A stretch of DNA of 64,000 nucleotides from Octopus bimaculoides (GCF_001194135.2 NC_068994.1:32114124-32178123); one strand, 5' to 3'. Positions 27,515-41,095 are shown, counted from the stretch's first letter. The notes: a model not told the origin generated them from the sequence alone. A program made the numbers and translations.

Positions 27515-27558
27515 AGTGAGACATGAGTCAACCATAAGTGAGATATGAGTCAACCATA
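27515..27558. repeat. 22-bp tandem duplication, each copy containing TGAGTCA
   Basis: agtgagacatgagtcaaccata followed by agtgagatatgagtcaaccata. Confidence 0.9.
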
Positions 27559-28525
27559 AAATGGTGAGTGCCAGAACATTGTTCATTACTTCACCTTATA
27601 TACTTTCCATTTGTTACATGTGGGTCTCATCCTTCGAGTTGATAAACCCAATACTAAGTAAGTAGATAAAAGAACAGCTTGACTTGTTACTTGGGAAACA
27701 AGCACCTACATGTCTGTGGCTTTTGATTGGCTAAAATAACCCAAAACTTGTAAACTTTAAAAACTATTAACGATTTATTTATTAATTGATAACACAAATG
27801 AATTTCATTTCCATAATTAGCATACAAAACTATATCATTACGCCAAATTTGAAATCAAATGGAACAAAATTGAAGAAATTGAAAAGTGAAAGCCAAACAG
27901 AAAAGATCTAAAGATTCTCACATTATTTCATTCTTTTGTATATAAATATTCTTTGTTAAAAACAATGTTTTGGTTTTCAAATAATAGAAACATGCCTAGA
28001 TAAATATAAATACATAAACACACACATATAAGGCAGTTACAAATATGATCAAATGATGAAAAAGTGAAGAGAATTACCTGTGGAACACAAACCCTGTATC
28101 TGCTGGGTCCTGGATCATCATATTACCAGTTATATCAAACAAGTTCTAAAGACATTTAACTATCAAAAACAGTGCTAACGAATGTGTTTACAACTCTTGT
28201 GTCACATGAGGTTCCAATATTGTTATGTAGTCACTCAACCACCATTAACCAAATGGCTCCAACTATTCACAGAGTTCATTGCTGTCTAAATGTGATCATA
28301 CAGCATGTAACAAACAGCTGTAGTGATGAATCTGATGGGTAATTCCATACACATTTTCTATTTTCAGTCATGTTTGTAAATATCTTACAAAGACATAGAA
28401 AAAAAATGAAAACTGATTTACATATAATTAAGATAAATGTATGTTTATGTATATATAATATACATATATGTATGTATTTACACACACACACACACACACA
28501 CACATATATGTATGTATATGTGTAT

Positions 28526-28560
<35 letters not shown>

Positions 28561-28562
28561 CT

Positions 28563-28609
<47 letters not shown>

Positions 28610-28641
28610 GCATTGATTTTGAGCTCTATCCTTTAAGAGAC

Positions 28642-28710
<69 letters not shown>

Positions 28711-28912
28711 TATATATATATATTGATAAGCCACGAAAATGACAAAATATTGATATCCACAACTCTTGAAGGGGATTAGAGGTGAGTTGTATTGTCTGTT
28801 TATGATGTTCAAGTGTTTTAATAGTCACTGCTATGCGGGAGTCATCCCCAAAGCGCTATACTTCAGTAAACTGGTGATCAAGCAAAACACATAAATTGAC
28901 TATGTGTAGTTG

Positions 28913-29284
<372 letters not shown>

Positions 29285-30030
29285 CCCACAAGCATATATA
29301 TATGTATATATCTACATGTTTTAAATGCAACTGATGTATATATAAACCATAGATACATACACTCATACTAATACACTAATACAGATCCATACACAATGTC
29401 CACATTGGTTGCTATGAGAGTGGTAGTGTAATTAATTGTCCAGTCTATTTGTTTTTTGTTTTTTTTGTCCCTTGGCAAATAAATGCCTGTACAAGTTCAG
29501 CTGGTGCTTTTCCTTCCTCTGAGACTACGATAAAAACAAAGAAATATAAAAAATACACTTAATTTGACATTATACTTTTCTAAATTGTCAGTAGTTCACA
29601 GGAAAATAAAGTAATGTAATCCTTTGGCCCGTTTTGATGGCATGAAGCATTCTTTTTTTTTTTATTGAATCCCAATCAATGGTTTTAATGCAGTACATAT
29701 TAAACAGCTAACAGTTATACAAACAAAACGACAATTGAAATAAATGTTATTGTATTAAAACAACTGTTAAACTTTGAAAGTCGTGATGAGAATACACTCA
29801 AGTAAACAGCCAGCCAACACATACACTCATTAATCTATTTATGCTTATGGCTACATATCATGTATTTATGTAAGTATATAAGCACACACAATATATGTTT
29901 GTATATGATATATGATAATACACACAGACACACACACATATATATATAAAAATTATATATATAAAATTTTATACATTAGGAATTGGTGGTCATATTTTGC
30001 CAATTAAACACATACACTATATAAATTGGT

Positions 30031-30283
30031 CTTTATTCAGCTTTGTTATTACTATTTTTGTTTCTTTGTCGGTGCTCTTTTGTCACATATCATGTGATCT
30101 CATCAACGACTCAGAAACAATAATATGATAAATAAATAATAATTCAAATAAGAGATTACCAAATGGACAAAGCAAAACAAGAGGAGACACGTGTGATAAA
30201 AAGTTGCTGCAGAGGTGACAGGATGTGTGACAAAAGAGCATTGACAAAGAAAATTAATTAATAAAAATAAAGCTAAAGTAAAG
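30031..30283. repeat. Foldback element (arms about 80 bp) in protocadherin intron 1
   Basis: agctttgttattactatttttgtttctttgtcggtgctcttttgtcacatatc matches the reverse complement of gatgtgtgacaaaagagcattgacaaagaaaattaattaataaaaataaagct. Confidence 0.8.
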
Positions 30284-30399
30284 ATTTAAACATATACTGC
30301 ATGTGTTTAATTGTCAAAATATGACCATCCCCAAGTATAACAATATCTGTTTCAACATACAATTTCACATCAAGAATTTTGCAAAACAAATACATATTA

Positions 30400-30442
<43 letters not shown>

Positions 30443-30998
30443 GCACGCACGCACACACACACACACACACACATATAAGTGCATTTTTCATTTATATACT
30501 TATATATACATATTGTAGATTCATGCACACATTCATCAATGGATACAGGTATGCTTGCATACAGCTACACATTTATTCATACAAACATTCGTCTGTATAT
30601 AAATATACATCCACATACATACATACATATACTCATATAATCATCCATACATATATAAAAATACACATAAAACTGCTTATGTATATACACTGAAGGATGG
30701 TGGATCAACAGTGATGTGTATGATAATGTGTACATATTTTTTGTATTTTGTCTTTCTTTTTCTTATTCTTCCTCCTCTTTTTGTTTTAAAAAATATTCTA
30801 TTGTTTCAAGATTTGAATGTTTTTTTATATAATATTTTTAAAAGCTTCCCTCCCAAAAATGGTCCATTCAGTTATTTTTTCTGTAAAAAAAAAAAGAATT
30901 TTGTAAAAAAAATATGTTAAATAAAACCTAATCTAATGCTGAACCGTCTCCATAGTACTGCCTGACTTAGCTTTAGTTCCTGTCTTTGATCTGTTCAG

Positions 30999-31146
30999 AA
31001 GACAGCGGTGCCATCTAAAATCGATGACAAGAAAGACCATCTGACCACAAACCATTTCAGAAATTGGTCAACTACATTTTCTGATTCTGACACTGGCTGT
31101 GGCTGGAAAGAGGGAGACACTGCTAGACTCTACGAAGAATTACCAG
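30999..31146 (+). CDS. PCDH: Probable protocadherin exon 2 (cytoplasmic): KTAVPSKIDDKKDHLTTNHFRNWSTTFSDSDTGCGWKEGDTARLYEELP
   Basis: Acceptor ttcctgtctttgatctgttcag| is in phase 0, matching the phase-0 CAG|GCAAGA donor at 25785/25786. An in-frame stop (30987-30989) lies just upstream of the acceptor. The exon is non-repetitive and open, carries an S/D-rich SDSDTGCGW motif and YEEL, and ends at donor CAG|GTAGGC (31146/31147). Without that splice the frame continues to a stop at 31199. Confidence 0.7.
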
Positions 31147-31476
31147 GTAGGCCATCAAAAGTAAAAAAAAAAAAAACACACAAAAACCAAAAAATATAAA
31201 TAATTAACAGTAATAATAATGATGATGATGATGATGATGATGAAATTTGAAAGCAAACAAACAAAAATAATAATATAATAAATAAATAATAATATAATGA
31301 AAAATTTTCATTTTATATTTTAACCAAAAACCAAAAATATCAAAAGAAGAAAGGAAATGAAATTCAATTTAGTGATAAAACGGAATATATAATAGTTGAA
31401 AGGAAATTAAAAATAGATGAATATTTCATTTATAAATCAATAAATATATATTTGTTAATTAATAATTTTTCTCCAG

Positions 31477-31484
31477 GTACATAA
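31477..31484 (+). CDS. Candidate terminal protocadherin exon 3 (adds G-T-stop)
   Basis: Strong acceptor a short distance after the exon-2 donor (aataatttttctccag|gtacataa). A phase-1 join gives GGT ACA TAA. No transcript evidence. Confidence 0.3.
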
Positions 31485-31546
31485 TTTACCTGGAGAACAG
31501 TAATTAAATATCAATTATGAAAATAATTTCTACAAAAGAAATTATC

Positions 31547-31608
<62 letters not shown>

Positions 31609-31612
31609 ATAT

Positions 31613-31667
<55 letters not shown>

Positions 31668-32929
31668 TAATATATATATATATATGTATGTATATATATA
31701 TAGTTTTTTGGCTGGTGTTTGTAGTTCCTCTCCCATTATCCAATTTTATTTCAAACGGTTTAATATTATTTTTTTGTTTGTTGCATTTGTGTCAGTTGTT
31801 TTTTTAGCCCTTAACCAAATTTAATATCTTACTTTATATATACATACATACACACATGCACACATATATATGTATGCGTGTAGGTATGTATATATATATA
31901 TATATATACGCACATGCACATACACACACACTCTCTCTCTCTCTGTATCTCACACACACATACACACACACACACACATACACACATAAACACATTCTCA
32001 CATATATATGTGTGTGTACACACACATTTATATATTGTTATATTTGTTGGCAGAATCATGAGAACATCGTATAAAATGCCTTGTGCTAGTTAGTTCAGTA
32101 CCTTAATGCTTTAGCTTAAATTTCCAGCCAAGATCAACTTTGTCTCTGATTCTTCTAGAATTGGTAAATTAAGCGCTAGTCAACTTCTGAGATCTATTAA
32201 TTAATTCTCCCCCACCTTGCAATTTGTGGTCTTGTATCAGTGTAAAAGATCAACATTATATTATTCAATATATAATTGATTATTTGTTGGGTTCAATAAA
32301 TATTATTCAAATTTTCACTCAGAAGAATTTCCTCTCAACTCATGAAATTAACATGTAAATGGCTGAGTATACCAAAGACACATGCATTCTTTAATATGTA
32401 TCTCAAGCTGAATCAATGACATATGTTACGTAACAAAGTTGAACCTTTGAATTACAGATGCAGCTCAGAAAGAGAAAGAGGGAGAGATAGATAGAGAGAG
32501 AGAGAGAGAGAAAAAAAAAGGGAGAAAGAGAGAAGAGAAAAATTATGTAGTACTGGCCTGACACTTTATTTATTGCCCCTCACCCTTCCATCCCCTGAAA
32601 GGATGAAATGTAAAATTGATCACTGCAATGATAACAGCAAAAACTTAACTCGGGTCACAGAAGAGGTGGAATGAATACTGTAAAGCATTTAAAGCAATGC
32701 TCTCATGATTCTGCTAATTGATACTCTTAATTAAAATATAGGGCAGAAAACTGACAGAAGCAGTAGAGTTTCAGGCTTATGATGTTTAGTTATACATCTT
32801 CCTTTAGGTTCAGGGCTCAAATTCCATTGAGGCCAATTTTGCATTTGATTCTTTTAGGGACCGGTAAAATAAAGTACCAGTCATGTTGTGATGTTGGATC
32901 AGAGTTGAAGACAGTTCAGAGGATAAAAT

Positions 32930-33306
32930 GTAACACGATTTGTTAAAGATATAATGTAAAAAAAAAACAAAAAAAAATAAGCTGAAACAGGAAACCCTTG
33001 GATGTCAGACTAAGAGATGACAAGGAGAAGCCCCTACAAAGCCAATACCTGCAAATGGATAAACAAAGAAATGGGTAAAGGAAATTCTAGAATTTGCTGA
33101 GAATCACAGAACTCAATGCTGCTTTTGAAGGTTTTTTTTTTGTTTTTTATTGCAGCACAAAAGTGAAGCTGCCCAATGAGAAATTATCAGAAACATAGAA
33201 TAAAACGATACAATATGTAACTGTAGAATAAATGAAGTTTGGGAAGAAACAACTGATTATTTTCCTTGTATACCCAGAGGAGAATAAATCTACATGTGTG
33301 TGTGTA

Positions 33307-33350
<44 letters not shown>

Positions 33351-33765
33351 CAAATATGTATGTATATGTGTATTGACAAAGCCCAGGGAGGCAGGAATGT
33401 TCAGCAATCATTCTTTCTACCAGTGCTGGACGATTTTTGCCTGTTGCTGGTGCAGTTTTATGCTTTAAAATACAGAGCTGAATAATCGAGCTGGAGCTTC
33501 ATGAAATACTGACAGAAAAAGGATAACAGAAATATATGCAAGGAAAAAATCTTAGAGAATGACACAACGACCATACTCTGGGATAAGGCACCAATTACAT
33601 ACTTACAAGAGGATGAAGGAAATTTGACAAGGTACTGTTATGAAGGACTATCTGATCATGAAGTGTATCCTGATCAAAGTATCAATCCCAAGCTGACAAT
33701 AATTTATCTCCAAATGAAGAAAGGAAACCATCAAAATATAAGATCTGGAAATAGAGATAACCATA
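32930..33765 (+). pseudogene. RLE-LINE relic (pre-zinc-knuckle region to endonuclease), split by a (TG)n tract
   Basis: EKPLQSQY...FEGF..IAAQK*SCPMRNYQKH; EKILENDTTTILWD; KCILIKVSIPS/DNNLS...SKYK/DLEIEIT. Confidence 0.8.
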
Positions 33766-33879
33766 ATATTTTAAGAAATTAGTCCTTAGACTTTTCAGTG
33801 TTTTTGGAATGATTAATACTGTGGAAAATACAAATCCTTCAACTTTCATATAATGCATAGTAAGTAACCAAGTAAGTAA

Positions 33880-34070
33880 GTACTAACTTGAGTTCTTGGA
33901 CTCATAGGGCTGGTTACCAGGGTTCTATGGCATAAAAGTGACCATGAGTCCATCATTCCTCCTGAACAGGACGTTAGTCCATTGAACAGTTACTCATTCA
34001 CAACTGAGTAAACTGGAGCAATGTGAAATTAAGTGTCTTACTTAAAAACACAATTTACTGCCTTGCCATT
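33880..34070 (-). mobile_element. CORE-like SINE fragment; related pieces at 38330-38560 (+), 51125-51420 (-) and 4100-4195 (-)
   Basis: Shared block ctgagt(a/g)aactggagcaa(t/c)gtgaaat(t/a)aagtgtctt. Confidence 0.6.
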
Positions 34071-35409
34071 AGGCCATATGCCTTCACTTAATGCAAATGC
34101 AACACATAGCAAATAACATTACCAGATAATGAAAAGTATTGTAACTGCTGTATGTGGAAGTCCACCTTGGGCATGGCTTTTATGGGGGCAACCATGTTTT
34201 GAGTCTGCCATATAAGCTTGCATAGGTTGTATAGGCCTGGGGTGGGTGGGGTGAAGTATGGGGGTAAAACTCAATGGGGTGATCCCCCAGACAACATGCA
34301 CTCTAGCTATGTCACTGATTATGTAAGCATACATTATGTACAGCAGTGTTAATGTATGCAGAAAATACAAAAGCACAAATCCAAGGTGAACATATACAAC
34401 ATTGCCCTCGGTAATGCAGTGAAAGTACTCAATAAAACAGAACTACTTTTAATAATAATAATCACCATTATCATCACTACCATCACCATCTTCCCCATCG
34501 CCACCACCACTATCACCATCACCACCATTACCATCTTCACCACTGCTATCACTATCATCACCACTACCACCACCATCACTGCCACCACCTTCACTGCCAC
34601 CATCGCCACCACCGCCACCACATACCACATACCACATACCACCATAATCACCACCACCACCACCACCACCACCACCACCACCACCAAATGTTTAGTGTAG
34701 TGGATTGGCAGAATCAGTGGAGCACTAGACGTAAATGCTTTGCGGTATTCAGTTGTCTTCCTTTACATTTTGAGTTCAAATCCCGCCTAGGCTGATGTTG
34801 CCTTTTATTTTTGTAAGAAATCGATAAACTAAAATTAAGCATCAAGTAATTGTGGGAGAGAAGGGGAGTGGGGTGGCAGTGGGAGCAAGTTTGAGTGATG
34901 ATATAATTAACCATTCTCTTACTCCCCCCTTCCCACCACAGATCTTTTGGTCTTGTGCCTCTGTTAGAAATCATTATTATCATTTATTATTATTATTATT
35001 GTTCTTATTGTTGTTGCGTGCTTTCGCTGCAAAGTCTTAACTGTATCTTCAAACTTTCACTGCGTAATTAAATGCAGCTATGTATGCCTTAAGCATGTGC
35101 AGTGTCTCTGCTTTGTTTCCTTTATTGTGCAATTTGTATTGTATTAAAAGTATTGTATTAAAAGTCAGAAGAGTTATTATCTAAATATTGTGTTGTGTTG
35201 TGTTGTGTTGTTGTATACATTCTAGGCCCTTTGTTAAGAGATTGGTTTGCAGCCCCCCCCCCCNNNNNNNNNNCCCCCCTTTTTTTTTTTAATAATTCCT
35301 AAGGCACCTACTTTTACAAAAATTGTTTCTGTTTTCAATCCCCACATTCCAGATCTTTCTATTTGGATAGTTTCTCCATTTATTATTTATTCCAGAGATA
35401 TATTATCAT

Positions 35410-36620
35410 CATCTGTTTGGAAATGACACAAGGATTTTGGAGAAGTTTTACTTGATGCTACTTTGACAATAATGCCCATGAAATATTCCTTAATCTACTT
35501 GTCTCTGTGAATCATGGCATCTGGTTATTTTGTCTTTGCATAAATATTCTTTGTGCTGTGTATTTCAACCATCTCTTGTCTGTTAGTAATCCATAATAAC
35601 TGGCTTTGTTTCCAGTGAATGAAACATCAAACTCTGTCAGGCTTATGTAAATACTCTGCTTTGAATAAATCTAGGCCGCTAGAAGCAATGTCACTAATTG
35701 TTTCTCAGTAACTTCCACATATTTTGCATACAATATTTGATTGCATAAAGGCTGTGTGGGCATGTCAGATGCATCTCAATTTTAGCAGTGCATATTCAAG
35801 AACGAAATTTCCAGTGCATTAAAACATGTAATATTTAAAACAGTGTAACAGTACATTACAAAACATAACAAAAGTACCTTAGCTGTAAAAAAATATTGCT
35901 GAGTATAAAAAATGAATATTATCATGGAGCCAGGCTATAAAGTGGCAAGCTGGTAGAATTTTAACTGCGCCAGGCAAAATGCTTAGTGGCATTTCATCTG
36001 TTTTTGTGCTCTGAGTTCAAATTCTGCTGGGGTTGACTTTGCCTTTCATCCTCTTGAGGTTGATAAAATAAGTATTTGACTTACTCTCCTCCTCAAATTG
36101 CTGGCTTTGTGCCAAAATTCAACATCAATATTATGGAGTCAGACTAGGTATAAGAGATGGTGTGGATTAAAAAACATCTGGGACAAAATTAGTTCATTGG
36201 AGGCTCAACTTCACATATAGGATCCAGGGTGATTTTTTTGAGACATTTTTAAGGAGAGAAAGTGCATCTTATATACCATCAAATATGGTAATCTACTTCT
36301 TTATAATAGTCTACTGGGAAATCTTTAGACTTTGATGTCATCAGAAACCCTTGATTCCAGAGCTGAATCCTGAAATTCTTAGCCATTGCAGATAAAAATC
36401 TACTACTACTTTGATCAGTCTTGTCTGTTATTAGCCATACAAAGGGGTTTTCTAGCCAATGTTTTAGTATGGCATTTTGTAAACCTGATTTTAATGTATG
36501 TCTTCAGTTTATTAATACTTTCTCCAGTTGATTCTTCATCTTCTTCCTAGTTATCTCAAAGCTTCTGTTTTAATGTTTGCTGGCCACACCCAACATTGAA
36601 AATGTCTTTGTTTGTTGTTA
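35410..36620 (-). pseudogene. RLE-LINE relic interrupted by a DNA transposon
   Basis: QWLRISGFSSGIKGF (36400-36350) continues after the insertion as CKICGSY*ETISDIASSGLDLFKAEYLHKPDRV*CFIHW, a decayed CCHC knuckle. Confidence 0.75.
35731..36288. mobile_element. Tc1/mariner-superfamily (Tc2/pogo-like) non-autonomous element with TA duplication, itself carrying a SINE B (35942-36134)
   Basis: Left TA|caatatttgattgcataaagg matches the right-end reverse complement TA|ccatatttgatggtatataag. Removing the element rejoins the LINE text. Confidence 0.7.
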
Positions 36621-37134
36621 TATTGTTTTACACTTTTTCTGAGTTCAGTCATTGAACAGCAGCCATGTTGGTGCAATATCTTTGAGGGTTTCTTTTTAGT
36701 CGATCACATTGATCCCACTACTTAATTCCTTTTGGTGCTTATTTTACTGATCTTTATCAAATTGCTAAGTTAAGCTTTAATTTTTACATCCATGGATGTA
36801 AATATATACACCAGTTTAAACTACTAGACATAAATGGAGACACAGACATATATACAAATACTCACACATATGCATGCGCACTGTGCACACACACACACGC
36901 ACGCACAGAGAAGAGGTGTAAACATTAGTGTATGCAGTAGAAAAATACAAGTACTTAATACTGTAAGTGAAGTTAATAATTTCTTGGAAGCTGAAACTTC
37001 ACAAATTGTTTCTCTGATTTTCTCATTGGTGATCTTCAGACAATTATGAAAAGTAAGGACTTCATGACTTCATGGTTCTTCACCATTTATTTGTCATCAT
37101 TTTTTTTTTTAATTATTTTTTTTTTTACTAAATA

Positions 37135-37377
37135 GTGGAGGTGCAATGGCCCAGTGGTTAGGGCAGCAGACTCGCGGTTGTATGATCGCGGTTTCGATTC
37201 CCAGACCGGGCGTTGTGAGTGTTTATTGAGCGAAAACACCTAAAGCTCCACGAGGCTCCGGCAGGGGATGGTGGCGAACCCTGCTGTACTCTTACACCAC
37301 AACTTTCTCTCACTCTTTCTTCCTGTTTCTGTTGTGCCTGTAATTCAAAGGGCCATCCTTGTCACACTGTGTCACGC
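37135..37377 (+). mobile_element. tRNA-derived SINE family C, 5' half (runs into a gap)
   Basis: A-box tggcccagtgg and B-box ggtttcgattccc. An inverted near-identical copy lies at 41096-41354. Confidence 0.9.
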
Positions 37378-38596
37378 NNNNNNNNNNNNNNNNNNNNNNN
37401 NNNNNNNNNNNNNNNNNNNNNNNNNNNNNNNNNNNNNNNNNNNNNNNNNNNNNNNNNNNNNNNNNNNNNNNNNNNNNNNNNNNNNNNNNNNNNNNNNNNN
37501 NNNNNNNNNNNNNNNNNNNNNNNNNNNNNNNNNNNNNNNNNNNNNNNNNNNNNNNNNNNNNNNNNNNNNNNNNNNNNNNNNNNNNNNNNNNNNNNNNNNN
37601 NNNNNNNNNNNNNNNNNNNNNNNNNNNNNNNNNNNNNNNNNNNNNNNNNNNNNNNNNNNNNNNNNNNNNNNNNNNNNNNNNNNNNNNNNNNNNNNNNNNN
37701 NNNNNNNNNNNNNNNNNNNNNNNNNNNNNNNNNNNNNNNNNNNNNNNNNNNNNNNNNNNNNNNNNNNNNNNNNNNNNNNNNNNNNNNNNNNNNNNNNNNN
37801 NNNNNNNNNNNNNNNNNNNNNNNNNNNNNNNNNNNNNNNNNNNNNNNNNNNNNNNNNNNNNNNNNNNNNNNNNNNNNNNNNNNNNNNNNNNNNNNNNNNN
37901 NNNNNNNNNNNNNNNNNNNNNNNNNNNNNNNNNNNNNNNNNNNNNNNNNNNNNNNNNNNNNNNNNNNNNNNNNNNNNNNNNNNNNNNNNNNNNNNNNNNN
38001 NNNNNNNNNNNNNNNNNNNNNNNNNNNNNNNNNNNNNNNNNNNNNNNNNNNNNNNNNNNNNNNNNNNNNNNNNNNNNNNNNNNNNNNNNNNNNNNNNNNN
38101 NNNNNNNNTGCATTTTTGGCACATATGAACTGTTTACATTAGTTTTGTAAACCAACAGTGGATATTTTATAACAATTTTCTCATTGAAGAAGGCCTTTAC
38201 CTCACTGCATTTTTGGCACATATGAACTGTTTACATTAGTTTTGTAAACCAACAGTGGATATTTTATAACAATTTTCTTTCTGCAGTACTTGGCTGTGTA
38301 GTACTCACAATTTCAAGATCATGATTTTGATATCCGTTCCAGGCAGTGTGTTGTGTTCTTGAACAAAACATTTCATTTTGCGTAACCCCACTCTACTCAA
38401 CTGTAAATAAGTAACTCCACAATTGACTGGCTTCCTGTTTAGGGGGGAATGTTTTGATTCCAGCTGCTTATATACTATGGCAACTGAGTAAAACCAGCCC
38501 TATAAATCCATGACTTGAGACAGTAATATCAAGGAGTTCATGATGACGATAGTGATGATGAAGGGGTTCTTATATTATTGTGTCTATGGTAAATAT

Positions 38597-39463
38597 AAAT
38601 TCTCTCTCTTTTACTCTTTTACTTGTTTCAGTCATTTGACTGTGGCCATGCTGGAGCACCACCTTTAGTCGAGTAAATCGACCCCAGGACTTATTCTTTG
38701 TAAGCCTAGTACTTATTTTTTCGGTCCCTTTTGCCAAACCGCTAAGTTATGGGGACGTAAACACACCACCATCGGTTGTTAAGCGATGTTGGGGGGACAA
38801 ACACAGACACACACACACACAGACATACACACATATATATACATATATCTGACAGGCTCCTTTCAGTTTCCATCTACCAAATCCACTCACAAGGCTTTGG
38901 TTGGCCCGAGGCTATAGTAGAAGACACTTGCCCAAGGTGCCACGCAGTGGGAATGAACCCAGAACCATGTGGTTGGTAAGCAAGCTACTTACCACACAGC
39001 CACTTCTGCACCATTNNNNNNNNNNNNNNNNNNNNNNNNNNNNNAAATTCTCTCTCTTTTACTCTTTTACTTGTTTCAGTCATTTGACTGTGGCCATGCT
39101 GGAGCACCACCTTTAGTCGAGTAAATCGACCCCAGGACTTATTCTTTGTAAGCCTAGTACTTATTCTTTCGGTCCCTTTTGCCAAACCGCTAAGTTATGG
39201 GGACGTAAACACACCACCATCGGTTGTTAAGCGATGTTGGGGGGACAAACACAGACACACACACACACAGACATACACACATATATATACATATATCTGA
39301 CAGGCTCCTTTCAGTTTCCATCTACCAAATCCACTCACAAGGCTTTGGTTGGCCCGAGGCTATAGTAGAAGACACTTGCCCAAGGTGCCACGCAGTGGGA
39401 ATGAACCCAGAACCATGTGGTTGGTAAGCAAGCTACTTACCACACAGCCACTTCTGCACCATT
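38597..39463 (-). mobile_element. SINE family A copy present twice (38597-39015 and 39046-39463) around a 30-N gap
   Basis: The two copies, including short flanks, are identical except for at least one base (acttattt/ctttcgg). Confidence 0.9.
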
Positions 39464-39499
39464 TTTTGTTTGTTTTTGACTGGTTCATTTACAATTTTC

Positions 39500-40065
39500 C
39501 TTGTTTTTTCCTATTTCTTTTTCTTAATCCATTTAGCTTCCAGTTGAGACTATCATAATTGAAATGCAATACGGAAACAGCTGGGATTCTGATACTTAAC
39601 ATCTTATCATTAGCATTCTGTTTTGTTTTTAAGTATTAATTGAGTACATCATTAATATTCCTTTGTAGTATTTTCTTTCATTTAAGTGTATTTGTACGCT
39701 GTCTAGTTAATTAATTCTTAAGTATTTGTAAGTCTGTATTTGGTCTAATTATCTTTGTTTTTATTTTTTTTATCAATCATGATACTGCTGTTTTTTTTAT
39801 TTATAATTATTGTTATTGATTTTTCTTTTTCTTTCATTAAGATGATTTGACCAACTAACAAAATTTCATACTAGTTTCTCTACTGAATCTGTGTGCCATA
39901 TCTAAGAAGGCTTCCTGCTGTTTTATAGTCTTTTCTGCATACAACTTGAGGTCTTCAGTATAGAGTTAATGGTTGATTGTCATGCCATAGCATGGAAGTC
40001 TATTTCCAGTTTGGTTTAGAATATTACTTAAAGGTCTTAGCTCCAAAGAGAAAATAAGTGGAGAT
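39500..40065 (-). pseudogene. RLE-LINE reverse-transcriptase relic
   Basis: SPLIFSLELRPLSNILNQTG...INH*LYTEDLKLYA...FSRETSMKF (cf. SPLLFC.AL.PLS..LN...INHLLYMDDLKLY), then KYLRI. Confidence 0.85.
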
Positions 40066-40112
40066 ATAGATAGATAGAAAGATATACATATACAAAAGTG
40101 TGTGTGTGAGTC

Positions 40113-40173
<61 letters not shown>

Positions 40174-41095
40174 GCATGTACATATACGTATGTATTTGTG
40201 TGAATATATATATGTATATATATACATGCATGTACATATATATAGGTATATATATGTTTACATATATATATATACATGTGTGTGTGTATATATATATGTA
40301 TATATATATATATATATATANNNNNNNNNNNNNNNNNNNNNNNNNNNNNNNNNNNNNNNNNNNNNNNNNNNNNNNNNNNNNNNNNNNNNNNNNNNNNNNN
40401 NNNNNNNNNNNNNNNNNNNNNNNNNNNNNNNNNNNNNNNNNNNNNNNNNNNNNNNNNNNNNNNNNNNNNNNNNNNNNNNNNNNNNNNNNNNNNNNNNNNN
40501 NNNNNNNNNNNNNNNNNNNNNNNNNNNNNNNNNNNNNNNNNNNNNNNNNNNNNNNNNNNNNNNNNNNNNNNNNNNNNNNNNNNNNNNNNNNNNNNNNNNN
40601 NNNNNNNNNNNNNNNNNNNNNNNNNNNNNNNNNNNNNNNNNNNNNNNNNNNNNNNNNNNNNNNNNNNNNNNNNNNNNNNNNNNNNNNNNNNNNNNNNNNN
40701 NNNNNNNNNNNNNNNNNNNNNNNNNNNNNNNNNNNNNNNNNNNNNNNNNNNNNNNNNNNNNNNNNNNNNNNNNNNNNNNNNNNNNNNNNNNNNNNNNNNN
40801 NNNNNNNNNNNNNNNNNNNNNNNNNNNNNNNNNNNNNNNNNNNNNNNNNNNNNNNNNNNNNNNNNNNNNNNNNNNNNNNNNNNNNNNNNNNNNNNNNNNN
40901 NNNNNNNNNNNNNNNNNNNNNNNNNNNNNNNNNNNNNNNNNNNNNNNNNNNNNNNNNNNNNNNNNNNNNNNNNNNNNNNNNNNNNNNNNNNNNNNNNNNN
41001 NNNNNNNNNNNNNNNNNNNNNNNNNNNNNNNNNNNNNNNNNNNNNNNNNNNNNNNNNNNNNNNNNNNNNNNNNNNNNNNNNNNNNNNNNNNNNNN

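Noticed and set aside
27515-27558. CRISPR-like repeats (also 9130-9211 and 11509-11715)
   Set aside because: The units are adjacent or inverted with no unique spacers, in a eukaryotic context with no cas genes.
28270-28340. Possible extra exon in intron 1, and an AAACAGCTGTA hammerhead-like half
   Set aside because: The splice phases do not fit the neighbouring exons, and there is no CUGANGA upstream.
33400-33520. Possible protocadherin exon 3 (acceptors ctaccag| and atacag|)
   Set aside because: It lies inside the LINE relic at 32930-33765.
37135-37215. tRNA gene
   Set aside because: A and B boxes are present but there is no proper cloverleaf. The sequence continues into a SINE body that is repeated at 41096-41354.
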